In this document: positions 1-17,301 of the stretch, piece by piece
How positions within the stretch are numbered: position 1 is the stretch's first letter
How the letters are laid out: each line of letters starts with the position of its first letter
Made by a program: the position numbers and the translations under genes
NCBI GenBank assembly: GCA_012295275.1
Contig: CM022679.1
Coordinates: 7,068,001-7,132,000 of the forward strand
From: Chrysomallon squamiferum
Lineage: Eukaryota > Animalia > Mollusca
Direction of reading: 5' to 3'
Length of the DNA stretch: 64,000 nt
Notes under the pieces: generated by a model
Told to the model about the DNA's origin: nothing
What the model saw: the letters and a program-made list of their open reading frames with translations, nothing else
The model's database searches: none

Positions 1-25
1 GTTAAGACACTCTTTTAACTTCCTA

Positions 26-55
<30 letters not shown>

Positions 56-58
<3 letters not shown>

Positions 59-707
59 ATCGAAAGCTAAAGCATTCTTTTCTTCACTGAATGAGAATAA
101 ACTATTTTTGATTGGCTGCGGTTAACCGTATCTCTTAAACGATTGGTTACGGTTAACCGTGAAATGGAAGGTAAGTTCATTTTACTTAAAAGGGGCTAAA
201 GATTGTCTATTTACAATTTAATGAAAATTCTTTTCTTTTACAATAATCAACCGTTTACGTTTTAATTTTTTATATATATATATATATACATATATTAATA
301 TTTGTTAGTATGTAAAACCGTTGCATTGATATTTTGAATTATGTTATAAAATATACAACATAATTCATAAAAATAAAAAAATAAAAAAATAAAGGAAAAA
401 AGAATCGAAAGCTAAAGCATTCTTTTCTTCACTGAATGAAAATAAACCATTTCTGATTGGCTGCGGTTAACCGTATCTTTTAAACGATTGGTTACGGTTA
501 ACCGTGAAATGGAAGGTAAGTTCATTTTACTTAAAAGGGGCTAAAGATTGTCTATTTACAATTTAATGAAAATTCTTTTCTTTTACAATAATCAACCGTT
601 TACGTTTTAATTTTATATATATACACACATATTAATATTTGTTAGTATGTAAAACCGTTGCTTTGATATTTTGAATTATGTTATAAAATATACAACATAA
701 TTCATAA
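56..707. repeat. Tandem duplication, period about 345 bp, 2 copies
   Basis: 56-370 and 401-707 are near identical (agaatcgaaagctaaagcattc...ataattcataa), with a few substitutions and a different (TA)n length. Confidence 0.95.
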
Positions 708-866
708 CCCTCTTATTAAAAACAAAATGGTATGATCCATGTTGGCCTATCGACTGGTACTGTCATACTGCGGAAAGACTCTGAACCTGCAGCGTGTATG
801 TGTATATGTGTAGTGAGTAGAATGTGATGACAGAGTATTTTATTATTATATATATATATATATATA

Positions 867-905
<39 letters not shown>

Positions 906-989
906 TAAGTGTTTTAAAATGTAGAACAGATTTTTATTTTTAAAAATACATTTAACACAGAAAATAACGAGTTCATACTAATTTGTTAT

Positions 990-1036
<47 letters not shown>

Positions 1037-1283
1037 TATGTTGTTGTTGTGCGCTTTATTACTCATAACACAGAATACATATTATGTTTTGTTTGATAAC
1101 ATATTTCAGAATAATTTTATAAAATTAAGAGAAATATATCAAGAATAGTATGTAGATTAAATATATTAAGTCGTAATATATATATATATATATATAACCA
1201 TTTCTATCTTCAAAACCTTCATAATATAGCTTTATGATCGGCAAAGGGATTTTTCATGAGTTTATATTATTATATATTACTAC

Positions 1284-5883
<4,600 letters not shown>

Positions 5884-8800
5884 GGTTGATATTCTGACTA
5901 TATGATCACAAAATTAACTGAAAATTCAGAATTATGATATATTAAAATATGTAGAAACTATATATATAAAATATATACAGAGAAATACTTAAATAGATTA
6001 TTTGATGGTTTGTACTGTTTTAAGTTGTAAATTTGGTGAAGATTAAACATTATATATTATCACATTTGTACATATAACTAACTATACGTAACTATACATT
6101 TATACATAAATGCAAGCATACATACATACAAACATACATACACATCATAAACTATATTATATATTATTTCGCTTTTTAAACATTTTAAAACATTTTTAGA
6201 CAGTCTTGTACATATAATATTTTTAATAGCCATATCAATACAGCACAGATACTTACGCTTAAGGCCAGGAAATCAGAAAACATAGACAAATAGTCCTTAA
6301 GTTAATTTCATGTTGCGGCAGTTGATAATTATAATCAATCTACATCCGGCAATTATTTATTGTTTATTACCTGTGTGACAGCGTGTGCGCAATCAACAGT
6401 TAACAACGAGCTGATGCTGTACAGCAGATATTAATACAGTAAATTCATGATTACAGTGTGGCTGGTTGAGCAGGCAGACATTTTAAAAGCAAATGTTCGC
6501 AGGTAAATTCATTTAATTAAATGGGGTCCTTGATAGTGCAACCGTTGGGTTTAGATGTAAGTTTTCTCTGCATTCTGTCTTTACACACGAAACTTGTGCT
6601 GCTTGCAGTAAACTTTTCTTCCTCCTTGTATCGCATAAGTCATTCAGTTGCCACTATTTTAAATATTAAAATGTTTCCCCATTGTGACGCAGGTCCTCAT
6701 ACAGATTAAATGAGAATGAAAAAAACAGTGCATAAACAATTGCTAAGCGTAAGAAAGAAATAATCCTATAAAATTAATAGAGCTAAATCAGGTTACTTAA
6801 AATAAAATTAGTAAAATGAAATAACTACAAAATAAAAGAAATCGCTAAGACGCATGCTCAGTTTTAGAGAAAGACACATACATGTAAATAATATAGAAAT
6901 CCTATAATGTAAACGTATCGTACTTTGTTGTTAAAAAAAACATAAAATAAAAATTAAAAATAAAAAATGACACATTATTATTGCAATCCAGAACATGTAA
7001 ACGAATTAACGGGTTCTACACAAAATACGAATTTATACTTTCCGGGTCGAAACAAGATATACACACGTCAGGGTAAAATTAATTTCATGTGTAGAAAGAA
7101 ACACAATCGATAAATGAATAATTCATTATGCCAACTGTTTTGATTAATTAACTCCTCTAGATATATGGCACAGAGGAATTTCTTCTATGCAACGTCACAT
7201 CATTTATTTTTTTGTTTTCCAGATCGATTTATTTATTTATTTTACTTACTTACTTAGTATTTATTATTTTAAGTTTTCTTGCTCACCCATCATGCATTAA
7301 TAAATATCGATCTGCATTATGCTGAGATTCAGGAAATGTAATAATGAAACTCAGCCGACTTTTTAACAATGTTTTAAAAATTTGCGTCTGGGCAAATACA
7401 AATTAACCCTTTGTGGACATTCATTATCCAAAATTTAGATAAATGAATAATAATAATAATAAAAACAAAATTAAATAACAGTACTGGAGTAGTAGTAATA
7501 GATAGTAATAGTAGTAGCAGCAGCAGTAGTAAGTAATAGTGGTGGTGGTGATGGAGATGGTGGTGGTAATGGTAATAGTAAATAGTACCATAACTGACAA
7601 TAACAATCCTGATAAATAAAAATAAATTCTACCTCTACATTAACAGCTTGAGTTCATGATTGAGGTCATAAAATACATCCCTCGGGAAATATAAATCAAT
7701 TATACATTTGTCCTATATAATCGAGTATATAGGGTAACATATTAACGTTTCGTATTTTATGTATTCAACGTCAAAAGGTATTTAAACGTTCCTAATATAC
7801 CAACAAACATAATGTTATAGTGCGTACACTGAGATGCAGGAAGAAACCTGAAACCGACTGAAGAGAGCAAACAAGATATTTCCTGTTTGAATCAGCGAGC
7901 AATCACCTTTTCCATCAACGATTCTAATAAACGGAAAGCATTCGATATCAGATTACACTTTTTTTTAGTTACAGACTTACAGTTTTGTGTTACTTCTGAA
8001 AGGGATCCATCGGCTATCTTATTATCCGTTTGTTTTCATTAACTGACGGTTCTTCACAGATCATCGACCACGATATTCCATCAGTTTGTTAACCAAGAGT
8101 CGAGTTGTCTAGCTGACGTCACAAACATCTGTTTCCGCTATAATCGATAAACTTCCCAGGGACGATCGCACATTTCTATTCAAAATTTTCATACCTCCGA
8201 AAGTAAACATGTACTGTGATGAAGTTAATGGAAGCAACTTAGAGCCCCATTAAAGCGTCAGTCATTTGGTTGGGGGTTAGAAACCCAGCTGAGATTGTCA
8301 GTCTGAAGTTCACAGTGACATGACTGACAATTTAATTGTATATACCATTATACGATATTGGTCTTAGATGTAATTTCAGAGATACTGGCGTAATCAAAAT
8401 CTACTTCATATCTGACGACCAATTGTCTTTGTTTTACCTTTATTTTATTGTCATTTATAGTGAACTGAATTTTGCACTGAAAGTTATACATATCACAAAG
8501 ATCGCGCCCTTTCTTGTTCTAAAATCTTTGATCCGCCCCTTATGGTAGATCCTAACAGTGCGCGAGCGAGGCGAGCGTTTTTTTTTTTTTTTTTTTTTTT
8601 TGAGAAACCATTGACTTCAGTTGCAGCATCCTAATTGCACGCGTAGGCGCGACAGTTTGACCTAGGATGCTACAATTATTATTTATCTTACTTTTAAGTT
8701 TATATTTTATGTTGTATAATTATTAGTTAAACATATATACGTAAATTTATGTATAATATGGAAATACATGTACATCTGTACAGTTTTCATTCATAGACAC

Positions 8801-8989
8801 AAATATAAATATTTTCATTAACATACCGAAATAGGGATTTCCATGTTATATATATGCTACCATGGATATATACATGTGTGAGGCGATTTATTAGTATAAA
8901 TTTTAACATACATGTGTATCTGTGTACATAAATATTAAATAAAGCTCAAATATATCAATTAAGCAATCATTGCTTTTTTATCCTTTTCT

Positions 8990-9062
<73 letters not shown>

Positions 9063-9357
9063 AACGCATGCGCACATTTTCGTATACACATAATATCCGT
9101 TAAGCATTCATTCATTCTTGTCATTAGTGGAACCAAATGAAACTGGTTATATTCTTTTTCACAAATAAATAATATTTTATTCCACTCACCTTTACAATGA
9201 ATTATACAAATGTCAGCACCATAACGAATTACATAAATATGACCCCAGCAAAACCTTTAACCTGCGAAGCGTGTTTTTTGGCAAAGACTGGTTAACATTC
9301 ATTACATTATTGTGAAAATGAACTGATCCGAAAATGATCTGATTATGTAAAAGAGAA

Positions 9358-9432
<75 letters not shown>

Positions 9433-9615
9433 GTAATAAATATATAATTCTGAAACAAGATTTCCATATCGTTTTTGACATTTATTATTAACATCACACA
9501 TTTTTTGTGTGTGTGTGTGTGTTTTTAGTATAATTTGTTTCTCTATCGCAGTCGTGGTCAATGTTTTTATGTCTATAAGAAACACGCACAAACACACACA
9601 CACACACACACACAA
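8990..9615. repeat. Dinucleotide microsatellite cluster: (CT)n(CA)n, (GA)n, (TG)n, (CA)n
   Basis: Tracts at about 8991-9062, 9361-9426, 9506-9522 and 9590-9614. Confidence 0.9.
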
Positions 9616-10101
9616 AAATGCTTTATTGCTAAAAGATAAGAACTGAGTAGCTGAAACCAGTTACTACACCCTTTTCAACATTACACTTATAACGTTGAGG
9701 TAGCCAACATTTATTCATTTCAATTGTAACTTTAGTTTGCCATTTGATAAATTTAACTGGATATATGTTAGCAAGTAATATTTCTCCAGAAATGAAAGGG
9801 GTAGTTTTTCTTTGGATATGTACTAGTCTGGGTGGTAGATTTTGATCAGCTGATCCTTGTTTATAAAAACTTTCAGCATAAGAAAAGAAAACACCTACCT
9901 CGGATTACATTAAGCGAATCGCTTGGTTGGGTCAGGTTGGAGAAATATCTCAACAGGTGCAGGATGAAGTTGCTGTTTTCTATTGACGTTTCTGTCGGTC
10001 GAAACTAGCTGCATTGTGTAAATATTTACTTTTTTAAAAATAAGTATGATAGTTGTACTGATGTGTTCTTTCATTATGTATGTATGTGTATGTATGTATG
10101 C

Positions 10102-10141
<40 letters not shown>

Positions 10142-10676
10142 GTATATATATGTATACATACATACATACATACATACATACAATATTTGATGTTTAAATT
10201 ATATTTCAAGCAGCTGTCCTTATTTAAATATTAGAAAGGATAATTTATTCATTTTAGATTTTGAAATCTCACTGACATTTGTTACAAACTGGAAAGGCTT
10301 GAAACGTTTCTGGGGATGTAAATTCTATGCGCCATGTTGTAATTTTATGATAAATTTGTCATCCAGACTTTGATTTCTTATTTCTCATTCCCAACAGTCC
10401 AGTGTCACTCGTAGTATAATTTCTTCATTCATCTACTGAAACTGATATTACTAAATCAGTTTATTTTGTATCTTTTATCTTTTTATGGGTATGTATGGAC
10501 TGTATTTCTGTACATACACGTCTAATGTGCGCTATTTTGCTTTTTAGATGGATTTGTTGCTGTTGTTGTTACTAAGTTATTACTATCAATGTTGTTATAA
10601 TTCTTATTGTTAATAATACTATTTTACATTATTTATCATTATTACTTTATTACTGTTGTGTTATTATTGCTATTCA

Positions 10677-10677
10677 T

Positions 10678-10709
<32 letters not shown>

Positions 10710-10757
10710 CTTCTTCTTCTTCTTCTTCTTCTTCTTCTTCTTCTTCTTCTTCTTCTT

Positions 10758-10815
<58 letters not shown>
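10677..10815. repeat. (TTG)n(TTC)n(TTA)n compound trinucleotide microsatellite
   Basis: Seen directly; explains the poly-C/S/V/L/F/Y/I ORFs in the track. Confidence 0.95.
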
Positions 10816-10816
<1 letters not shown>

Positions 10817-11020
10817 AATTTTGTATTTACAACCAAAACAAAATTAGTAGAAATTCTTTTTATGGATTTGAAAAGGACCGTTTTTAGAGTTTCCTGTTTA
10901 AATAATGGTGTGAACTTCATAATCCAAAAATAAATGTTGGGGTAGTGGAAGCGCAATTATTTTATAAAATGAACCATTCATCTTTTGTTTTTTTGTTTTT
11001 TTCTTTTATGTTTGTTTGTT

Positions 11021-11055
<35 letters not shown>

Positions 11056-14000
11056 ATTTCTTCACTTTGACTTTAACAATGGCATCAAACACGTGACGTT
11101 GAGATCGCATATCTTCAATTGATTCTATCTTGAACACAGCACTAGTGCAAGGCACTAAGAAGCTACATCTGAACAAGATACTGATCAAATTCGAGTTAAA
11201 CTATTCATATATATTATTCGAAAAATGCCATTGTATATGTGGGAACGAGGAGGCGCAAATTATAAATCCATAGGTAGAAAACTTTTTTTTTTTTTTTTTT
11301 TTTTTGTTACACAGATTACACCATACACAGCCAGTTTAGAAAAAAAAAAAAATAATAAAAAATAAATAATAATAATAATAATAATAATAAGTATGCTCTC
11401 CAAATTTTATTAAACAGGATTACCCTGATAATACCAGAACGGGAGTATTTATTAGATATTCTGTCCTGAAAAATTTCTGTGTCTTTGTTGATGAACTATG
11501 ACAAAACTATATGTACAATTTGGAAAAAAAAAAAAAAAAAAGATTTCGACTTTTTGATCTCCCTTAATCAGAGAAACAGCAATATCCATTCAAATGTCCG
11601 TCTGAACTTACTACAAGTATCTTCTAGCGGAGAACAGCTCACACTGACATTTGGATGGACATCACTGGTTCTCCGCCAGAGATAGGCCTATATCGTTTGT
11701 TTTTTTGGCTAATCTTTTCCAGCCAGAATACTCAATTAACAATAATTTTGGGTTTTCATTTCTTTAGATTGGTCATTTTCGATTTCAGTAGTTCCATAAA
11801 AAGTACCAATTAGTCGAACAAATATAAGCTACAACAAGAAAACCAAGACCCTATCATAAAATCACCGACTCGGGAATCTTCGGACGTTTGAATGAACCCA
11901 AAATACTGATGGTCAGCTGATTAACACGTGACAGCTGTTAAATATTTATTAAATACACATTTACCGACTGTTCAATACACATTAAGCAATTGTAATTGAA
12001 TGCACATTTACCACTGCTGTACAATACACATTACAACTGCACCCGATCAGTTTTTGATGATGAATATCAACAACATAAAATATATTTTACTTTATTTCTT
12101 TCTTTTTTTTTCTTTTTGATTTAGATATCTTAATTACAGACAACCAAAAGTTAGAAATTAAAATTAAATTATTTCCTCAGTTTTGAACTTCTGCCCCCCC
12201 AAAATGTTTTATATTTTTTATGACTTTTCTTGTAATCCTAAAATTAAATAATTCTTACATTGTGGCTGAATACAGGTATGTCTGTCAAAGAGAACAATTT
12301 AAAAAAAATTTAAACTTTTATATATATATATATATATATATTAGTATTAATATATTATTAATTATGAAGTAAAAATAAGATCTAGTAAACATACGTCTTG
12401 TTCAAAATCCATGGTTAATTTTCTATCAGTTTCATCCATAACCTGAAGAAGATAAATAATAATAATAGTAATAATAAAAATTTTAATTTGTTTTGTTTGT
12501 TTTTTCCCCTAAAATATCACCAGAATAATAATACATTGATTTTAAAAATAATTACATTGGAAATGTATATTACTGTTAGATAATGCAAGTTTGAACAATT
12601 CCTGCTTGCATCTTGAATTTAAATTTATTATAAGAAAAATGTTTTATAAACAGTCCTAACTTAGTGATTATTAAAAGTGAATGGGAATAGTAAATGAAAA
12701 TTTACCAGATATTTTAACTTTTATATTTTCCTGAATCAGTCAACCAGGAAAAGTTTTCACCTTTGTTAGACAGTGAGTACATACTTTATATGAACATTAT
12801 ATTTTTACAAAAACACAAAAAGATTGTAAAACATTTATTTACAAAATCAGTATACAATTCATTGGATTTTGCTTCGATCACAACTGTTAGAAATGCATCA
12901 GAAATAAAATATTAGTGCTGTTCTATAATACACAATGACATTTTTAAAGAAACATTTGAATGAAATATTTAGACATAAATTTATCTTAAAAGATACTCTG
13001 AAATATCATTGAGTTTTTAACAATGTTTATTTTATAAATAAGGTGTTTAATATAACACATCATTTCATTTCATATTTAACAAATCATATTAATTATGTAT
13101 AAATTGTTTTGAAAAAGGTTTAGCTGAAGTTTAACTCAACATTATATATATATTTTACAATAACTATAGTTATAAAATTATAAAAGAAAATAAGGAAAAA
13201 CAAAATGAGAAAGAAAAACTATCACATTATCAATTTTGTTTCCAGTCTGCATCCATTTTGAAAACAAATAACTTCCAAAATCAGTTGACTAAACCAGTTA
13301 ATAAAATCTCTATTAACATGTCTATAATTATGACAAACAAAAACAAATAACTAGTGTTCTAAATCAATCTCACAAAACACCACAGTAAAATAAAGTTTTA
13401 AAATACATGATGCAAAAATGTTGTGTTCTGTAATTTGTGGTTTTCTTTCTACTAAACTTTTTCAGATGTCATTATATTTATATAACAAAGCAATGGATAT
13501 TTATATTTTTGTAAATTATTCTATCCATCTGCATTTGATGCTTAATTCATCAAAACACAAAATTGGAATTCCTTAAACTATTACTGTACTTAATGTAAAT
13601 GTTGCTGAAGTTTAATGTGATTTTACAGATCACCTTTATGTACTTTGTCTTAAAATAATAAAAAATATACTACTGTAGACTACTGCTATAATGCCTCTGA
13701 AAGCCACAATAGTATATTAATATGTATGCATGAGCCTGAATTTGTAAATATATTAACAAATTTGATGTGTTCACTGGTACTTCATATCTGAGTTTGTAAT
13801 TATATTTTACTGAAAGATTTTCCCAAAGTTAGGTAATAATTGTAATGTAACACTCAGTCATATTTGAATTGCCAGATATATTCAAATCAGGTTTCTTTCA
13901 GCTGAACAATTCATTAATTTCTTCTTTTTTAAATAATATTAATAATATTTTTATTATTTATTTATTTATTGCATAACACAAATGCACTGGCATAATATGG

Positions 14001-15099
14001 ACGGCATATAATATAGTGTGTATGTATATGTATATGTAAACGTACATATATGAAACTGTATATGTTACATATATACATACACATTCAACATATACTTTAT
14101 ATACGATAATATTCAAACAAGTCATTAACATGTCATTTAGTGGAATGTACTTTTTATGCACTTATTAATGTTTTACATAAACACCACAGCTCAAGATAAC
14201 ATTAGAATAATAATTTTTAAAAAAAAATGAAAAAAATATCTAATTCATATTTAAGATACTTTTTAAAAATAAAAAATAAAAAATGAACTAATAAAATGAT
14301 TAAAAATAAATAAAACATAAATAAGGCAATATATTTTGAATAGCGACATATAAATAAAACATAGCTTTATAAATCATAGAGGTAATGTAGAGGTATATTT
14401 TGTAACTATGCAACCCCTATTTTCATAGCATTCACAAATAAAGGACGGCTACAAAGAATTTTATATATTTAATGCTTTAGCATTTCTAAAATGATTAACA
14501 TAACAATTTTTCAATAATATAAACACACATAAAAACAAAATATTTCTTATACAAAAGATGGACGGATGGACACCAAGATCAAGCTTATTTAGTTGGAAAA
14601 TCCTTTTTTTTTCTTCTTTCAATTTAAACAAAATATAATTTTAAAAAGATAAAAAAAATAAAATGATTTAGAACATGACAAATTTTTTTTAGCAAAATGA
14701 TTGGAGGGACTCAAGTTTATTTTATTTTTTGAATGATTATTTTAATCAACAACAGATAAATTGTTTATTAATTATCAGTCAAAGCATTAATAAGAAGAAA
14801 TTAATTAATGTATGGGTCTTTAAAGAGGCCACTAAAAAGATATGTTGCTAAAAGCATCTGCTGATGTAAGAAGATATGCTGTGATATGCTTTTTAATATT
14901 TAACATATCAGGCACCTCACTACAAACAATAAAGTTCTTTGCTTATTGGTCAAAACACAGCAATATTTTAATCTTAGAACATTTCTGAGCTTCCATGTCT
15001 TTTAAAATAATTAACAGTGAATATTAAGAACAAAATCAAACAAATTACAAAATTAAATAGTAAAAACAGGAATTGTAGATGCCACTGGAAATAGCACCT

Positions 15100-15312
15100 T
15101 AATGGGATTCCAAAAGGCATCAATATGGGATCCACCAAAGTTCAATACAAGCTAGGTCTGGTTACCATTCTATGGAGGATTCCAAAGGGCATCAGTTTGG
15201 GATATCACTGTGCATTTCTCATTATGGGATTCCAATAGGCACTAATATGGGATGCTGTCATACATCAACATGGAATGATGCTGAACATCAATATAGGACA
15301 TTACTGATGTCA
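15100..15312. repeat. Degenerate short repeat cluster (atgggattccaa.aggca.caatatgggat)
   Basis: Recognisable copies at about 15102, 15172 and 15224, with more decayed copies to about 15310. Confidence 0.65.
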
Positions 15313-17301
15313 GCTGAAGCTTGAAGTAGACTTGAAATCATTTTATAATAAACTAACACAAATCATTTAATATCTGATAAAGATAGAGTGTGTGTATTTA
15401 TGGAGTTAACTAGTTATGAATCCTGATTGATTTTTAAATTGATTTGTAATATTGAAGTAGCCTAAAGTAATACTTTGAAAAGCAAAGCTCAGTCAATTTG
15501 AACATGTCTAGGTAACATCATCACAGTGCATTAAACAAAACAGTTAAAAACGAAAGCACACAATAACAGAAAAACAAGGTGAGATTCTGTGATTCACTTC
15601 TGATTTCTCCCTGTGGGTATTTTTAATTTATTCTTTTTATGTAGTTTGGTGGTGTGAACTAACAGCTTGGACACAGCATATCATTATCAAATTACTGCAT
15701 TTGTTACAAGAAACCTGTTTGCTGATGATAAAGTTTGACAATTAGCTAGCTTGCTGATTCTAAGATGTTGACAGTTTTCTTTTGTTCTTCATAATAATCT
15801 GTTATACAGAAATGTAAAAATAAACCCTGACAGACTGAGGATAATAAAACATTACTGACATGATTCTATATGTATCATCAGACATTTCTACAGTTCAAAT
15901 ATGAAAATATGGCACTGGGATCATAATTTAATTCACCAGAGACAAAACAGTATAATAATTAAAATTTCAGAAATAAGTATTATAATTAATCAGTTGTTTG
16001 AAGCAGTGTAAGTTTATGATTATATCTCCCATAAAATCTATTCATAATCAGCATTTTTATGAGATTTTAAATTAACTTAATTTATATTTCAACTAAATAA
16101 TGAAAGATGAAACGTTTTGAGAATGTATGTCCAAATGTTAGATCATTTTCTTTAAGATATCTTTTGGAATGTTGTTGTTATTATTTATTATTATTTTTTA
16201 AAGAGAAAGAACTACTAATTGATTTGAGGTAAGTTCTACAAATCTCTGATGGCTGTTCATTCTACTTGCCAACAAGTGTTTTTTCAGTGTCACTTTGCTA
16301 CCCAACTTAATGTTTTCAAAAGTAATCATTTAGAGATATTATGCCCATTATACAAAACCTTTAAAAAAAAAAAAAATAAATAAATAAACAACAGCGATTT
16401 TTCTTTGATTTCCATAGCACTTGAACATAAGAAAAATAATAATGCACATCATATACATTTTTAGTATCACAAAGGATATCTAAGAAGTCAAATCACCATC
16501 ATACATCATGAAGTAACTTTTAAAAAGTTTTAATGATTTTAATGTACAAACAGTATGAACATGTAAGTAACATACCAAATGTAGCCATAGATAAATTATA
16601 ATAATACAACAAACATTTGACAATGAACTGAGATGCCATTTGATAACATTTTGTAAACAAAATAGTAAAAAAAAAAAAAAAATTTATAAATAAGTGGAAA
16701 TTTTGTAATATTTTTTTTTTTTTTTTAAATTATCATTATTAATTTTTCTTAATGGGCTTACTATTTTATTGACTTTATTATTAGCAATGTTTGTATATCT
16801 GGAGACATACTGTATCCCAAGCCATTTGTTCACGCCAAACTAAGGTATACATAAATATTAACTGTAGTACCGTATTGTGCATTATCACCATCTTATTACA
16901 CCTTTCTTTGACCAATATTCCACCTTTTTATTAAAAAAAAAGAGAAGCATAACCATTTTACTTTACTTTGGGAGAAAGACACTTTCCCACATTATTCATT
17001 ACATCTGAATTTCAACAGAATGTTCACATTGCTAAATAAGTCAGATTTACAATTTATAATATAAATATCAGTTTCAATTCTAAACAAATCTCCTGCATCA
17101 GAATTGTTTTATATTTTCAGTTATATTTTATTATATACTTGTTAAGCAAAAAATAAATAAAAGAAAATATATAAATATAAAGACCCCAAAAAACCCAGAA
17201 ACAATCTTCAGAAACAATATTTCAAGTTTTGAACATGGTTTTTTTTCTTTTATAATTTACTTTCAATTAATTATCACAACTCCTGAATTCACCCCAGAAC
17301 A

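Noticed and set aside
700-790. Possible next MFS exon after a ctgcag acceptor
   Set aside because: All three frames reach a stop and none resembles the expected transmembrane helix.
7981-8330. GC-richer segment ending at a minus-strand GTAAGT donor
   Set aside because: All minus frames I read are interrupted by stops. At most it is a non-coding leader exon or enhancer, which I cannot support further.
10607-10887. Three overlapping homopolymeric ORFs (poly-C/S/Y, V/L/I, L/F)
   Set aside because: They are translations of a compound trinucleotide microsatellite.
15100-15312. Possible CRISPR-like repeat-spacer array
   Set aside because: Eukaryotic context, degenerate repeats, irregular spacing and no cas genes.
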